Shown piece after piece: positions 1 through 10,365 of a DNA stretch of 64,000 bases (positions within the stretch are counted from its first letter, which is position 1; every line of letters starts with the position of its first letter). The translations under genes were made by a program, and so were the position numbers. Source of the DNA: Pseudomonadota bacterium. Lineage in GTDB: Bacteria > Campylobacterota > Campylobacteria > Campylobacterales > Sulfurimonadaceae. The stretch is from the NCBI GenBank assembly GCA_043797085.1, contig JAZDQA010000010.1:59732-123731 (forward strand), read 5' to 3'. The notes below the pieces were generated by a model that saw only the letters and a program-made list of their open reading frames with translations, did no database searches and had not been told where the DNA came from.

Positions 1-347
<347 letters not shown>

Positions 348-367
348 TTATTTTTTCTTTTTTTAAT

Positions 368-446
368 GCCGATGCCGAAAGCATCGGTGTACTTTAGTGC
401 CTTAGCGGCGAGCGTAGACCATCGGGGCTTTTGCTCCGATGGTCGT
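368..446 (+). repeat. GTAG-hairpin REP-like intergenic element, copy A
   Basis: GCGTAG (GTAG at 414-417) followed by hairpin ACCATCGGGG-CTTTTG-CTCCGATGGT; second hairpin CCGATGC-CGAAA-GCATCGG at 369-387; resembles copies at 36921, 42969 and 46776. Confidence 0.6.
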
Positions 447-451
447 TCAAA

Positions 452-991
452 TCAATTGGCAATTACGACCATTGCATCGCGCAATGTACGTTCTTTATAT
501 CGAAAACCTTTTTGAAAAGTATTGACGATCTCACCGCTTTCGTGATCAGGACTGTCAACTTTTGAAACGGCATTGTGAACGTCCGGATTAAACGGCTCGC
601 TCTCATCGACTGCAGTAACACCATGCTTTTCGAGAACACTAAGAAGTTGCTTCATAGTTAACTCAACACCCTCTTTGAGCTTTTCAAGCAACACGTTTGC
701 ATCTGCTTCACTGCTCGTAGCGCCGATTGCCATTGAAAGCGAATCAACTACCGGGATTAAATCTTTGGCAAATTTTTCGTTTGCATACTCAAGAGCACTG
801 TATTTTTCACGTTCAAGACGCTTTTTGATATTATCAAAATCAGCATGCACACGTGCATATTTGTCATGTAACGATGCCAATTGAGCTTGAGCGGTTTCCA
901 ATTCATTCATTGGTTCAGCAACGCTTACTTCATCTTCATTTATGACGACTTGCTCTTCACTAACCAATTCTTCATTTATTTCTGTAGACAT
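452..991 (-). CDS. grpE: Nucleotide exchange factor GrpE
   Basis: ADFDNIKKR, FAKDLIPVVD, FNPDVHNAV and QKGFRYKERTLRDAMV motifs; upstream of dnaK. Confidence 0.97.
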   Translation of the reverse strand: MSTEINEELVSEEQVVINEDEVSVAEPMNELETAQAQLASLHDKYARVHADFDNIKKRLEREKYSALEYANEKFAKDLIPVVDSLSMAIGATSSEADANVLLEKLKEGVELTMKQLLSVLEKHGVTAVDESEPFNPDVHNAVSKVDSPDHESGEIVNTFQKGFRYKERTLRDAMVVIAN

Positions 992-1025
992 AATATTTTA
1001 AGCTCCTTTGTTGAAATCCAGCGTA

Positions 1026-1105
1026 ATTATAAACCATTGAGCCCATCATTGTCAAGAGGTATATGATATTTTTTACTAAGAATAGTTTAGTCTATTGTTA
1101 TCAAG
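1026..1105 (-). promoter_or_regulatory. grpE-dnaK promoter with two HAIR-like (HspR) operators
   Basis: -10 TATAAT on the minus strand at 1026-1031; ATTGAGC-N7-TGTCAAG (1036-1056) and GTTTAGT-N7-TATCAAG (1085-1105) resemble CTTGAGT-N7-ACTCAAG. Confidence 0.6.
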
Positions 1106-1153
1106 TCTAAAATCACTCTTCTTAATGATATAATAATAGAAAAAGAACAACAA

Positions 1154-2560
1154 ATGGATATTTCACTGAAACGTTTTTTAAGTACTATTGCTCTTTTACT
1201 TTTTGCTGCATACCTTTATTTTACTCCGCCCCCTTTCGGAATTACCCAGCAAGCATGGATTTTATTTACCATCTTTATTTCTACCATCTTGGCGATTTTA
1301 TTTAACCTTCTTCCCATCATCACTGCCTCTATTATTGCTCTCTCTATCAGTGTCCTCTCAGGTGTTATAGAACCCGCTAAAGCATACGCAGGATTCTCAG
1401 AGAGTTTTATTCTTCTTATCGTTGCCGCTTTTTTGGTCTCCCATGCCGTCCATAAATCGGGATTGGGCAAACGGCTCTCTCTCCACATCATCCGACGCTT
1501 CGGTCACTCGACACTGGGACTGGGATACAGCGTTATCGCCACTGATGTATTCCTAGCTCCTGCATTTCCCAGTAACACTGCCCGCTCAGGAGTTCTCTAT
1601 CCTATCGTCTATGGTCTCGCGCACGATTGCGATTCCAAAGTGGGGAACAACACACAACGACGTGCAGGAAGTTATCTCATGATGACATCGATGGCAGGGC
1701 TTACAATCTCCTCAGGGCTTTGGCTCACTGCCATGGCAGTCAATCCTATCGGTGTTGGAATTGCGGCTACTATGGGGATACATATCACCTTTCTCTCATG
1801 GCTTCTTTTTGCACTGGTTCCAACCCTAACAGCTTTTGCTCTCATTCCCTGGGTACTGTATCGCATCTATCCGCCTGAACTTCGTGACACTCCCGATGCA
1901 CCAAAGATGGCGAAAGATGCCCTCATTACTATGGGACGCATAAGCCGTAATGAGTGGATTACGGGAACGGTATTTTTGGGAATGCTGATTTTGTGGTCCC
2001 TTTCGGGCATCTTTTCCATTGACAAAACCGCCGTTGCCTTCGGAGGGCTCGGGATACTGATGGCAACGCGCGTGTTTGGGATAGAGGATTTTAAAGCACA
2101 AGGCGAAGCACTCAGTACCCTGATTTGGTTTGCCATCCTCTTTGCTTTGAGCACACAATTGGCTCAACAAGGATTTATGAGTGCCGTAGCGAACCATTTT
2201 ACCCTCTATTTGACAGGGCTTTCATGGATGGCAGTCTATCTTTTACTCATCGTCCTCTATGTACTGATACATTACCTTTTCGTCTCCCAAAGTGCTCATT
2301 TACTCGCTTTATTTGGAATTTTTCTTTCTGTGGGTCTTGCGGCAGGAGTTCCCGGAGAGTTAATGACAATGATGTTATTATTTGCTACGAATTTCAACGC
2401 GACCATAACTCCGCAAGGTTCATCGAGTAATGCCATTTATCTGAGTTCCGGCTACATTACCGCGCGTGAGATTTATATTTATGGGGGAGCTGTTACACTG
2501 CTCAACCTCATCATCTTTTTAGGAATAGGAACACCGTGGATACTGTTAATCAGCCGTTAA
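1154..2560 (+). CDS. DASS family anion symporter (CitT/2-oxoglutarate-malate translocator-like)
   Basis: Multi-TM protein with SGLGKRL, PAFPSNTARSG and LWLTAMAVNP motifs. Confidence 0.88.
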   Translation: MDISLKRFLSTIALLLFAAYLYFTPPPFGITQQAWILFTIFISTILAILFNLLPIITASIIALSISVLSGVIEPAKAYAGFSESFILLIVAAFLVSHAVHKSGLGKRLSLHIIRRFGHSTLGLGYSVIATDVFLAPAFPSNTARSGVLYPIVYGLAHDCDSKVGNNTQRRAGSYLMMTSMAGLTISSGLWLTAMAVNPIGVGIAATMGIHITFLSWLLFALVPTLTAFALIPWVLYRIYPPELRDTPDAPKMAKDALITMGRISRNEWITGTVFLGMLILWSLSGIFSIDKTAVAFGGLGILMATRVFGIEDFKAQGEALSTLIWFAILFALSTQLAQQGFMSAVANHFTLYLTGLSWMAVYLLLIVLYVLIHYLFVSQSAHLLALFGIFLSVGLAAGVPGELMTMMLLFATNFNATITPQGSSSNAIYLSSGYITAREIYIYGGAVTLLNLIIFLGIGTPWILLISR

Positions 2561-3831
2561 GTGAACCTGCACACTCGGATAAAATTCGTGTTATAACCCT
2601 TGTGATACTCATCATCACAGCACTCATTTTAATCATTTCTACCCTCTTGTTCACCCCATGGGGAAATCGTCAAATCGCCCCTATCATTCAAAAACAGATT
2701 GAATCAGTATTAGGACAACCCGTTACCCTCACTGCGTTTAAACTGACACTCACTCATTTTGAACTTGGACTAAGCGATAAAACAAACAACCGTGCTCACA
2801 TCGAAGGAAGTTACGTTTTACTTCCCCCTTATATCGATGCCCGCTATGATGCCAATCTTTCTACCTCAGAAGGAATGAATATCGCAAAATTTCCGATTGA
2901 ACTCTCAGGTATGCTCAAAGGTTCCTACGCGTATCTCGATCTTAATGGAACCGCTCATCTCTTCTCAGGAGATATGACGTTTAATTCAACACTTCTTATG
3001 ATGAAACCTAATACTCTAACCCTCGCATTGCATAATATTCACTATCAGGAACTTATGGATGCTCTCGAATATCCCCATGAAAGTGATACCCTTGTAAATG
3101 GAAATTTGCAAGTGAGCGGAATGCTACGCCGTGATATTAACGCAACGGGAAAAGTCATCGCCACAACGCACCGCTTTAAACCTTCCCCGATTATGGAAGA
3201 GGATAATGAAAGTTTTGATTTTTGGTCACTGCTTGCAGATAAAAACGGGAAAATCCAACCATTTAAAATCAATGCCAATATCAAAGCTCACGTCGATGAG
3301 TTAGGGATCTTAGAACAATTTGTCTACTATCCGCTTCGAACAAGAGCCTCAGGGATTGCTACACTGGAGGGTTCACAGCAGCAGCTGATATTAAACGCCC
3401 ATGCCAAAGCCGTAAAAGGAGACGTAGATACCCGATTAACTCTACATCAATTGCGTCCTAGCAAACTGCAACTGGATGTCAAACACGCCGATATTCCATC
3501 ACTTTTCACCCTATTGGCACTCCCCTCTCCCGTAACCGGAACACTGAATGCCTCAGTCAATTCGGATTTTTCCAACTCAACACTCTCTTTGGCGATTCAA
3601 AAAGCTCGAACCAATCCTAGTATTCTCACGCGTGATTACGGCATTACTCAGCCCGATATTACGTTTGATTCCAAGGTAAAAGTAATACTATCCCCTAAAG
3701 AACGCCATTATTCTGGAACTTTTACCTCAGATTTGCAATCACTCAAGATCGATGGATCAGTGGAACACGACCAAATGCTTCAAGAACTCTTACGTCAAAT
3801 CAATCAAAACAGACCAAAAGGGGAATTTTAA
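2536..3831 (+). CDS. Hypothetical protein with N-terminal membrane anchor and beta-rich body (AsmA/TamB-like?); start uncertain
   Basis: Hydrophobic N-terminal segment followed by FTPWGN and alternating-pattern beta strands; no catalytic motif recognised. Confidence 0.55.
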   Translation: MDTVNQPLSEPAHSDKIRVITLVILIITALILIISTLLFTPWGNRQIAPIIQKQIESVLGQPVTLTAFKLTLTHFELGLSDKTNNRAHIEGSYVLLPPYIDARYDANLSTSEGMNIAKFPIELSGMLKGSYAYLDLNGTAHLFSGDMTFNSTLLMMKPNTLTLALHNIHYQELMDALEYPHESDTLVNGNLQVSGMLRRDINATGKVIATTHRFKPSPIMEEDNESFDFWSLLADKNGKIQPFKINANIKAHVDELGILEQFVYYPLRTRASGIATLEGSQQQLILNAHAKAVKGDVDTRLTLHQLRPSKLQLDVKHADIPSLFTLLALPSPVTGTLNASVNSDFSNSTLSLAIQKARTNPSILTRDYGITQPDITFDSKVKVILSPKERHYSGTFTSDLQSLKIDGSVEHDQMLQELLRQINQNRPKGEF

Positions 3832-3853
3832 CCCCTCTGCCTATAATCACCGA

Positions 3854-5359
3854 ATGAAAAACATACCCACCATCCTCACTTATCACGATTCTACCAAACA
3901 CCGTCCCTCTCGTTATGCTGCGAGCCTAGGCTATATGGACTGGGCAACCCAACCTGACCCTTTTCGCCGTTATGAAGAAGCTCCTCTCATTGCCCTTTCA
4001 CACGTAGATGCTACACCGCCGTATCATCTTCTTTTTGAACCGGATGCACTTCCAACCGCACCGCTATGCCTTGAATCGCTTTCTCAGCTCTTGCGATATT
4101 CACTGGGACTGGCGGCGATTAAAAGCCAAGGAGGTTCTTCGTGGGCGCTTCGATGTAATGCCAGCAGCGGGAATCTTCAACCTACGGAGTGTTATGTTAT
4201 TGCACCTGCGATTGAGGGGATCAGCTCTCATAGCACTCTTAGCCATTATGCCCCGCGTGAGCATGCGCTGGAACTGCTTCACACCTACGACGAAAAGCTT
4301 CCGAAAGGGACGTTTCTTGTAGCGCTTAGTTCCATTATTTGGAGAGAAGCATGGAAATACGGTGAACGCTCTTGGCGATATTGCCAACTCGATGCAGGAC
4401 ATGCCTATCAAGCGATTAAAACAGCTGCCGCAATGCTCGGATGGGAGTGTCAGATTCAAAGTGTTCGCAGTACTGAAATAGCCTCTCTTTGCGGTCTTGA
4501 TCAGCTTGAACGCTTTGATCAACATGAGTGCGAAAGTCCCGATATGCTTTTACGTATTTGTGTTTCTAAAGAAGCCTTGATCTTGCCCGTAACGCCCAAG
4601 CTTCCAACCAGAGCCAATCTCTTAAGCCCCTCTCATCATGATTGGCCTATTCTGAAAGTCATTGATGAGGCCACACAAGGAATTTATCCTCTTACTGCAT
4701 CACTTCAAACACAACGTCGCACACCCGCACCCTCGAAAAGCGCCGCAGAGATTATTCTCAAACGCCGAAGTGCCCAAGCGATGGACGGCTCTGAAATAAC
4801 TGAAACACAGTTTCGCCAGATACTCGACTCATCCTTATTTTGCAGTGAAACAAGCGACGTCCATTTTATGATGTTTATTCACCGTGTTGAGGGTCTGTCA
4901 AAAGGTCTCTATGCCTTTATCCGAAATAGTGACGATTTGGAAGCCATGAAAGAATCTATGGACACAACATTTATCTGGGAAGATTGTAATGATGGTCTGT
5001 ATTTACTGCAACTTGGCGATTACCGTGGCGTCGCGCAAAGAATTTCATGCAATCAAGAGATCGCGAAAGAAGGAGCATTCAGTTTTGGGATGGTGTGTAA
5101 ATTTTCCAAATCGCTTGAACTCCACGGCGCCATAGGCTATAAAAACCTCTATCATCAGTGTGGAGCTATCGGACAGATGCTCTATCTTGAGTCCACTTCA
5201 TTGGGTCTAAGTGCAACCGGTATTGGATGTTTTTTAGATGATGAGTTTCATGCTCTTTTGGGTCTCACAGATCAACGCTTTCAATCCCTTTACCATTTTA
5301 CTATCGGTCGTGCAATTGTGGATACTCGCGTTACAACACAGCTACCTTATAGATATTAA
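3854..5359 (+). CDS. SagB/ThcOx-family two-domain nitroreductase-like flavoprotein
   Basis: YHDSTKH, DWATQPDPFR, LRCNASSGNLQPTECY, REAWKYGERSWRYCQLDAGHA and ATGIGCFLDD; start reset to ATG 3854. Confidence 0.85.
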   Translation: MKNIPTILTYHDSTKHRPSRYAASLGYMDWATQPDPFRRYEEAPLIALSHVDATPPYHLLFEPDALPTAPLCLESLSQLLRYSLGLAAIKSQGGSSWALRCNASSGNLQPTECYVIAPAIEGISSHSTLSHYAPREHALELLHTYDEKLPKGTFLVALSSIIWREAWKYGERSWRYCQLDAGHAYQAIKTAAAMLGWECQIQSVRSTEIASLCGLDQLERFDQHECESPDMLLRICVSKEALILPVTPKLPTRANLLSPSHHDWPILKVIDEATQGIYPLTASLQTQRRTPAPSKSAAEIILKRRSAQAMDGSEITETQFRQILDSSLFCSETSDVHFMMFIHRVEGLSKGLYAFIRNSDDLEAMKESMDTTFIWEDCNDGLYLLQLGDYRGVAQRISCNQEIAKEGAFSFGMVCKFSKSLELHGAIGYKNLYHQCGAIGQMLYLESTSLGLSATGIGCFLDDEFHALLGLTDQRFQSLYHFTIGRAIVDTRVTTQLPYRY

Positions 5360-5398
5360 AGGATATCTCCCCTATAATCGATAATTATTCAAAATAAA

Positions 5399-6805
5399 AT
5401 GAGCTTGTTCATGCAAAATGAAATCTTTTCAAAAGAAGTAGAGGCTCTCTATCGTGCGCTACCTATACCGTTGGTAGCAACGTTTTTCAATGCCTTTATT
5501 ATTGTCTTTATTTTGAAAGATCAACTCCCCTCTAATCATCTCATCTTATGGATTATCTTAAACCTTATCATTCTTCTAGTTCGTTTGACAAGCTATCTGC
5601 GCTATCGTTCATCAATTCCTGCAACCTCACTAAATCTCGCTTATCAAATCTATATGGTTGGGATTATTGGTTCAGGGATTATCTGGGGTTCAGCTATTTT
5701 TTATCTTCTCCCCGATTCGTCAATCCATATGATGATGTTGATAATTATCGTTGGTGGAATGGTAGCAGGTGGTGTAGGATCGAGTTCATACCGCCCCGAA
5801 AGTTATATATTTTACAATTTATTGGTTATCACACCTTATGCACTCCATTTTATGTTGGATAAAACCAATGAAGCATCATGGATGGTCGGAACGGCTCTTG
5901 TCCTCTTTGCGATTATGATGATAAGTTCAAGTAAAAAATTTCATGCCAATTTTACTGAAGTCGTTCTATTGCAATTGCATCAAGAAGAGTTAGTTCATCA
6001 CTTAAAAGAAGAAAAACTCTACACTCAACATCTCAATGACAATTTGCTACAAGAGATTATTGAAAAAGAGAAATACCAAACTGAACTTATCTCTGCACTC
6101 GATGAAGCCCGACAAGCAGCCATTGCCAAAGAAGCATTTTTTGCTACCATGAGCCATGAGTTACGTACTCCGCTTAATTCTATTATTGGATTTTCACAAA
6201 TTTTGAGCCGGAAGAAAGAGCTTCCTGCTGAAATCATCACCTACCTTGAAAAAATCCTTTTTTCAGGCAGACATCTCCTTGATTTAGTCAATACGATTCT
6301 CGATTATTCCAAACTCAAATCGGAAAAAATGAAACCAAATTTCACTCAGTTTTTATTAAAAGATTTTATTTACGAACTCTCGATGATGTGCGAGCCTATT
6401 GCTCATAAAAGAGATATTGAAATTCTTTACCCCACTTTTGAGAATGAAACCATCTTTGCTGATCGCAAAATGCTTTACCAAATACTACTCAATATTTTGA
6501 GCAATGCCATCAAATTTTCACCACAGAGCGATCGTATTAAATTTACCTATGATTTTTCTTCCGAACATCTCTTTACCCTCTGCGATCATGGACCCGGAAT
6601 CGCTTTGGATATGCATGAAAAAATATTCGAACCTTTTACACAAATTGATAATCTAACCGGAAGAAATCCGGAAGGAACCGGATTGGGTCTTGCCATTGTC
6701 AAAGAAATGGTTGAAGCTCATAGCGGAAAAATATGGGTTGAAAGTGTCGTTGGAAAAGGAAGCTGTTTTTATATTTCACTTCCCCCTCATTCGCTCGATA
6801 AATAA
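5399..6805 (+). CDS. Membrane sensor histidine kinase (no adjacent response regulator)
   Basis: Several N-terminal TMs, H-box MSHELRTPLNSIIGF, N-box NILSNAIKF, G boxes DHGPGI and GTGLGL. Confidence 0.93.
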   Translation: MSLFMQNEIFSKEVEALYRALPIPLVATFFNAFIIVFILKDQLPSNHLILWIILNLIILLVRLTSYLRYRSSIPATSLNLAYQIYMVGIIGSGIIWGSAIFYLLPDSSIHMMMLIIIVGGMVAGGVGSSSYRPESYIFYNLLVITPYALHFMLDKTNEASWMVGTALVLFAIMMISSSKKFHANFTEVVLLQLHQEELVHHLKEEKLYTQHLNDNLLQEIIEKEKYQTELISALDEARQAAIAKEAFFATMSHELRTPLNSIIGFSQILSRKKELPAEIITYLEKILFSGRHLLDLVNTILDYSKLKSEKMKPNFTQFLLKDFIYELSMMCEPIAHKRDIEILYPTFENETIFADRKMLYQILLNILSNAIKFSPQSDRIKFTYDFSSEHLFTLCDHGPGIALDMHEKIFEPFTQIDNLTGRNPEGTGLGLAIVKEMVEAHSGKIWVESVVGKGSCFYISLPPHSLDK

Positions 6806-6822
6806 ACTTATTTAGTGATGTA

Positions 6823-6955
6823 TTATCCATATTGAGTGATTTTCTTGAAAATTCAAAGACGCACGTGCTAAATATATGTAATGTAAAAGCACCACTGACT
6901 CTTAACGAATGAAGTTTAGAGTTGAATTTTCAAGAAAATCACTCAATATGGATAA
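6823..6955. mobile_element. 133-bp element with perfect 34-bp inverted repeats (MITE-like, invertible segment or structured RNA)
   Basis: 6823-6856 TTATCCATATTGAGTGATTTTCTTGAAAATTCAA is the exact reverse complement of 6922-6955; 65-bp core; TA dinucleotides near both outer ends. Confidence 0.65.
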
Positions 6956-6961
6956 GGACAG

Positions 6962-7537
6962 TTATTTATTTTCCGCATCCGTAAGCGTGAGACATAAAAT
7001 GACTTTTTTTCCTTGTAAAGCCAATGTTTCGACAGCCTCGGTAAGTGTTGAACCAGTCGTCACAATATCATCCACTAAAATCACTTCTTCCTCATTAAAC
7101 GGCAAAAATTTAAAATCTCGCGGATTGATTAACCGTTCTTCCACGCTTTTTCCTGCATATTTATACGTATTTTGCGCTCTGAGTTTTCCGAAATACGGGG
7201 TAATATTGGTTGATTTAAGCGATTTATTCAAAACAGCGGTATGCGAATAACCGCTTTTGGAATTATCATCAATGCCGATTGATGCAACACGAGCGTCATA
7301 ACTCCATTCCTTTGCAAATTTTGAAAATGAATTTTTGGCCAAAAGAGTATACATATAAAATCCAACATCGGTATGTTTGGTAAGTAATAACTGCTCGATA
7401 GCATCGTAAGGATAAAAAGAGTAGACAGGGATAGAACCTAAAACTTTGCGCGTATGGAGGATAGGTGAGAGAAGAGTTTTTTGACAGTTGGAGCAAATGT
7501 GCGAGAGACTAAACGCTTCGCACATCATACAGCGCAC
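6962..7537 (-). CDS. comF: ComF family competence protein (phosphoribosyltransferase-like)
   Basis: N-terminal CxxC...CxxC zinc ribbon; PRT motif VILVDDIVTTGSTL; follows lepA. Confidence 0.88.
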   Translation of the reverse strand: MRCMMCEAFSLSHICSNCQKTLLSPILHTRKVLGSIPVYSFYPYDAIEQLLLTKHTDVGFYMYTLLAKNSFSKFAKEWSYDARVASIGIDDNSKSGYSHTAVLNKSLKSTNITPYFGKLRAQNTYKYAGKSVEERLINPRDFKFLPFNEEEVILVDDIVTTGSTLTEAVETLALQGKKVILCLTLTDAENK

Positions 7538-7538
7538 G

Positions 7539-9329
7539 TTAGTCCATTTTAAGAACAGACATAAATGCCTCTTGTGGAAGCTGGACTTTTCCGATTGCCT
7601 TCATCCGTTTTTTACCCTCTTTTTGTTTGTCGAGGAGTTTGCGTTTACGGGAAATGTCTCCACCGTAACATTTTGCGGTCACGTTTTTACCCATGGATTT
7701 CACCGTCTCACGCGCGATAACACGATTGCCGATAGAGGCTTGAATAGCTACCTCAAACAACTGTCGAGGAACAATCTCTTTCATATTTTTGACCAATGCA
7801 CGCCCTCTAAAATCAGCAGAAGTACGAGGGACAATGACACTCAGAGCATCAACAACTTCCCCGGCTACACGAACATCGAGCTTGACCAGATCGCCATCAC
7901 GAAACTCGATCGGATCGTAGTCGAAACTTGCATATCCTTTCGAAGTCGATTTGAGTTTGTCATAAAAATCGACGACGATCTCATTCATCGGCATCGAATA
8001 AATAAGCATAACCCGTGTCTCATTCAGATAATCCATCTTCTCTTGCATTCCGCGTTTATTGGTCACGAGGGTAATAACATTTCCCAAATAATCAACCGGA
8101 GTAATCACCGTCGCTCGTACGTATGGCTCTTCGATACGGTCAATAAACTGCGGTTCGGGAAGCTCACTTGGATTTTGCACTTCCACCATCGTCCCATCGG
8201 TCTTATGCACTTTGTATACAACCGATGGAGCCGTAGCGATAAGATCGAGATTAAACTCACGCTCCAAACGCTCTTTGATGACTTCCATGTGCAGCATGCC
8301 CAAAAATCCGACACGGAACCCAAATCCTAGAGCCATCGAGGTTTCCGGTTCATAACTCAAAGAGCTGTCATTGAGCTTGAGTTTATCCAGTGCATCCCGA
8401 ACCGCTTCAAACTCATCGGTGTCAATAGGATAAAGTCCTGCGAAAACAAACGGCTTAGCAGGCGCATACTCGGCTACGGGCTGAGCGGTCGGATTTTTAG
8501 CATCGGTAATGGTATCACCAACGCGGATACTTCCTACGTCTTTAACACCCAGTACGACTATCCCGATTTCACCGCTTTTGAGAGTTTGCGTCTTTTGACG
8601 GCGAATAGGATGGGGATACATAAGCTCAAGAACCTGATGATTTTCACCATTGTGCATGAGCTTGATCATCTGATTCATCTTGATCTCACCATCGAACACA
8701 CGCACAAGTGCCATAGCACCCTGATACGCATCAAACCATGAATCGTAAATAATCGCCTTAGTTGTAGCCTCAGGATCTCCGCTAGGAGCTGGGATACGAT
8801 CCACAATAGCATCGATGAGTTCACGAATACCCACACCCGTTTTTGCCGAAATCAGCAATGCATCGGTAGCATCGATTCCGATGGTCGCTTCGATCTCTTC
8901 AGCAACACGCTCAGGCTCAGCAGAGGGAAGATCGATCTTATTGATTACAGGAATAAGAGTAAGGTTGTTTTCCATCGCCAAATAGACATTGGCAATCGTT
9001 TGAGCTTCAACCCCTTGTGCCGCATCGACGATGAGCAATGCGCCATCAGAAGATGCGAGTGATTTAGACACTTCATAGCTAAAATCAACGTGGCCCGGAG
9101 TGTCGATGAGATTGAGGATGTAGTGCTGACCGTCTTTGACATAATCCAAACGGACGCTCTGAGCCTTGATCGTGATTCCACGCTCTTGCTCGATATCCAT
9201 TGTGTCCATCATCTGTTTACCCAGTTCACGCTCGGTGACAGAACCGCATTCTTGGATGATTCGGTCAGCCAAAGTACTTTTACCATGGTCGATGTGGGCG
9301 ATGATTGAAAAGTTGCGAATATTATTCAT
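7539..9329 (-). CDS. lepA: Translation elongation factor 4
   Basis: [29 protein letters not shown] and [14 protein letters not shown]. Confidence 0.99.
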   Translation of the reverse strand: MNNIRNFSIIAHIDHGKSTLADRIIQECGSVTERELGKQMMDTMDIEQERGITIKAQSVRLDYVKDGQHYILNLIDTPGHVDFSYEVSKSLASSDGALLIVDAAQGVEAQTIANVYLAMENNLTLIPVINKIDLPSAEPERVAEEIEATIGIDATDALLISAKTGVGIRELIDAIVDRIPAPSGDPEATTKAIIYDSWFDAYQGAMALVRVFDGEIKMNQMIKLMHNGENHQVLELMYPHPIRRQKTQTLKSGEIGIVVLGVKDVGSIRVGDTITDAKNPTAQPVAEYAPAKPFVFAGLYPIDTDEFEAVRDALDKLKLNDSSLSYEPETSMALGFGFRVGFLGMLHMEVIKERLEREFNLDLIATAPSVVYKVHKTDGTMVEVQNPSELPEPQFIDRIEEPYVRATVITPVDYLGNVITLVTNKRGMQEKMDYLNETRVMLIYSMPMNEIVVDFYDKLKSTSKGYASFDYDPIEFRDGDLVKLDVRVAGEVVDALSVIVPRTSADFRGRALVKNMKEIVPRQLFEVAIQASIGNRVIARETVKSMGKNVTAKCYGGDISRKRKLLDKQKEGKKRMKAIGKVQLPQEAFMSVLKMD

Positions 9330-9483
9330 TAGGTTCTATTGCTCATTTATTTTAATTACTGTAATTATAGCAGAGGGTTGCTTAGGAGGTATCAAAGTTA
9401 CTTAGTGGTTGTATTCCCGCTTGGAAAGATAAAACATGGGAATATATAATGCTTAATAAATAAGAACAATAAAGGAAAAAACT

Positions 9484-10293
9484 ATGGAAATTGCCACTCC
9501 CGATATCCTCAATATTAGTCACCCGCTTTGCCGTGCCACGATTTTGCTCCAAGGGGCGCAGTTGATCAGTTGGATCCCATCAGGGGCTTCGGATGTATTA
9601 TGGTCAAGTGACATCTCCCACTACACTTCTGACAAAGCATTTCGCGGTGGTATCCCCATCTGCTGGCCATGGTTTGGCAAAGCGTTCTCTCCTGCACACG
9701 GTTTTGCGCGACTGATGCTATGGGAACTGGTAAATCGCGATGATAATGCCCATGGTGTTGATCTTGAGTTTCGACTAACGGACACTCCTCAATCGAGACA
9801 AATATGGCCTCATTCTTTCACTCTCTTGCTCCAGATGCATTTAGGGACAACGTGCGAGGTACAACTGCACATCCAAGCACCGATTCAAACGACTGGGGCG
9901 CTGCATACGTATCTATCCACCTCGGACATCACCCATTCTGCTATCAGCGGTTTAGGGGATTCTTATATCGATTCACTGCAAGAAAACACCCTTGTCACCA
10001 CACAAGAATCCACTCTCCAAATAGACAGTGAAGTAGACCGTATCTATATTCATCCACACAATGAAAACATTCTCACCACTCCCGAAAAAATACTCTATCT
10101 GACCCACCAAGGGCACAGTGATGTCGTCGTATGGAACCCATGGATCGAACGCTCAGCCGAGATTGCAGATATGCGTAAAAAGGATTATCACAACATGGTC
10201 TGCATCGAAACGGCACGCATCCGTAAATCTTTTACCGAAAAAGATTCCATTGGGATTAGATTGCGTACGACGGATTATTTCAGCAAACTATGA
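9484..10293 (+). CDS. D-hexose-6-phosphate mutarotase (aldose 1-epimerase family)
   Basis: QGAQLISW, RGGIPICWPWFG, HGFAR, ALHTY, VVWNPW and MVCIE motifs. Confidence 0.9.
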   Translation: MEIATPDILNISHPLCRATILLQGAQLISWIPSGASDVLWSSDISHYTSDKAFRGGIPICWPWFGKAFSPAHGFARLMLWELVNRDDNAHGVDLEFRLTDTPQSRQIWPHSFTLLLQMHLGTTCEVQLHIQAPIQTTGALHTYLSTSDITHSAISGLGDSYIDSLQENTLVTTQESTLQIDSEVDRIYIHPHNENILTTPEKILYLTHQGHSDVVVWNPWIERSAEIADMRKKDYHNMVCIETARIRKSFTEKDSIGIRLRTTDYFSKL

Positions 10294-10365
10294 CGCAAAT
10301 CTGATCACTTTTATTTTATTTATTACACCATAAAAAGCTCATTTCTCTCAATTATACTTTTTGCT

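Noticed and set aside
3854..5359. RiPP (azole-containing peptide) biosynthetic cluster
   Set aside because: No YcaO, E1-like partner or precursor peptide nearby; looks like a stand-alone nitroreductase-like gene
6823..6955. Retron msr-msd
   Set aside because: Long flanking inverted repeats fit superficially, but there is no reverse transcriptase in the window
7488..8330. 280-aa ORF antisense to lepA, and similar shadow ORFs opposite wecC, gpmI and the MCP gene
   Set aside because: They lie opposite conserved genes and have no recognisable motif or RBS; typical antisense shadows
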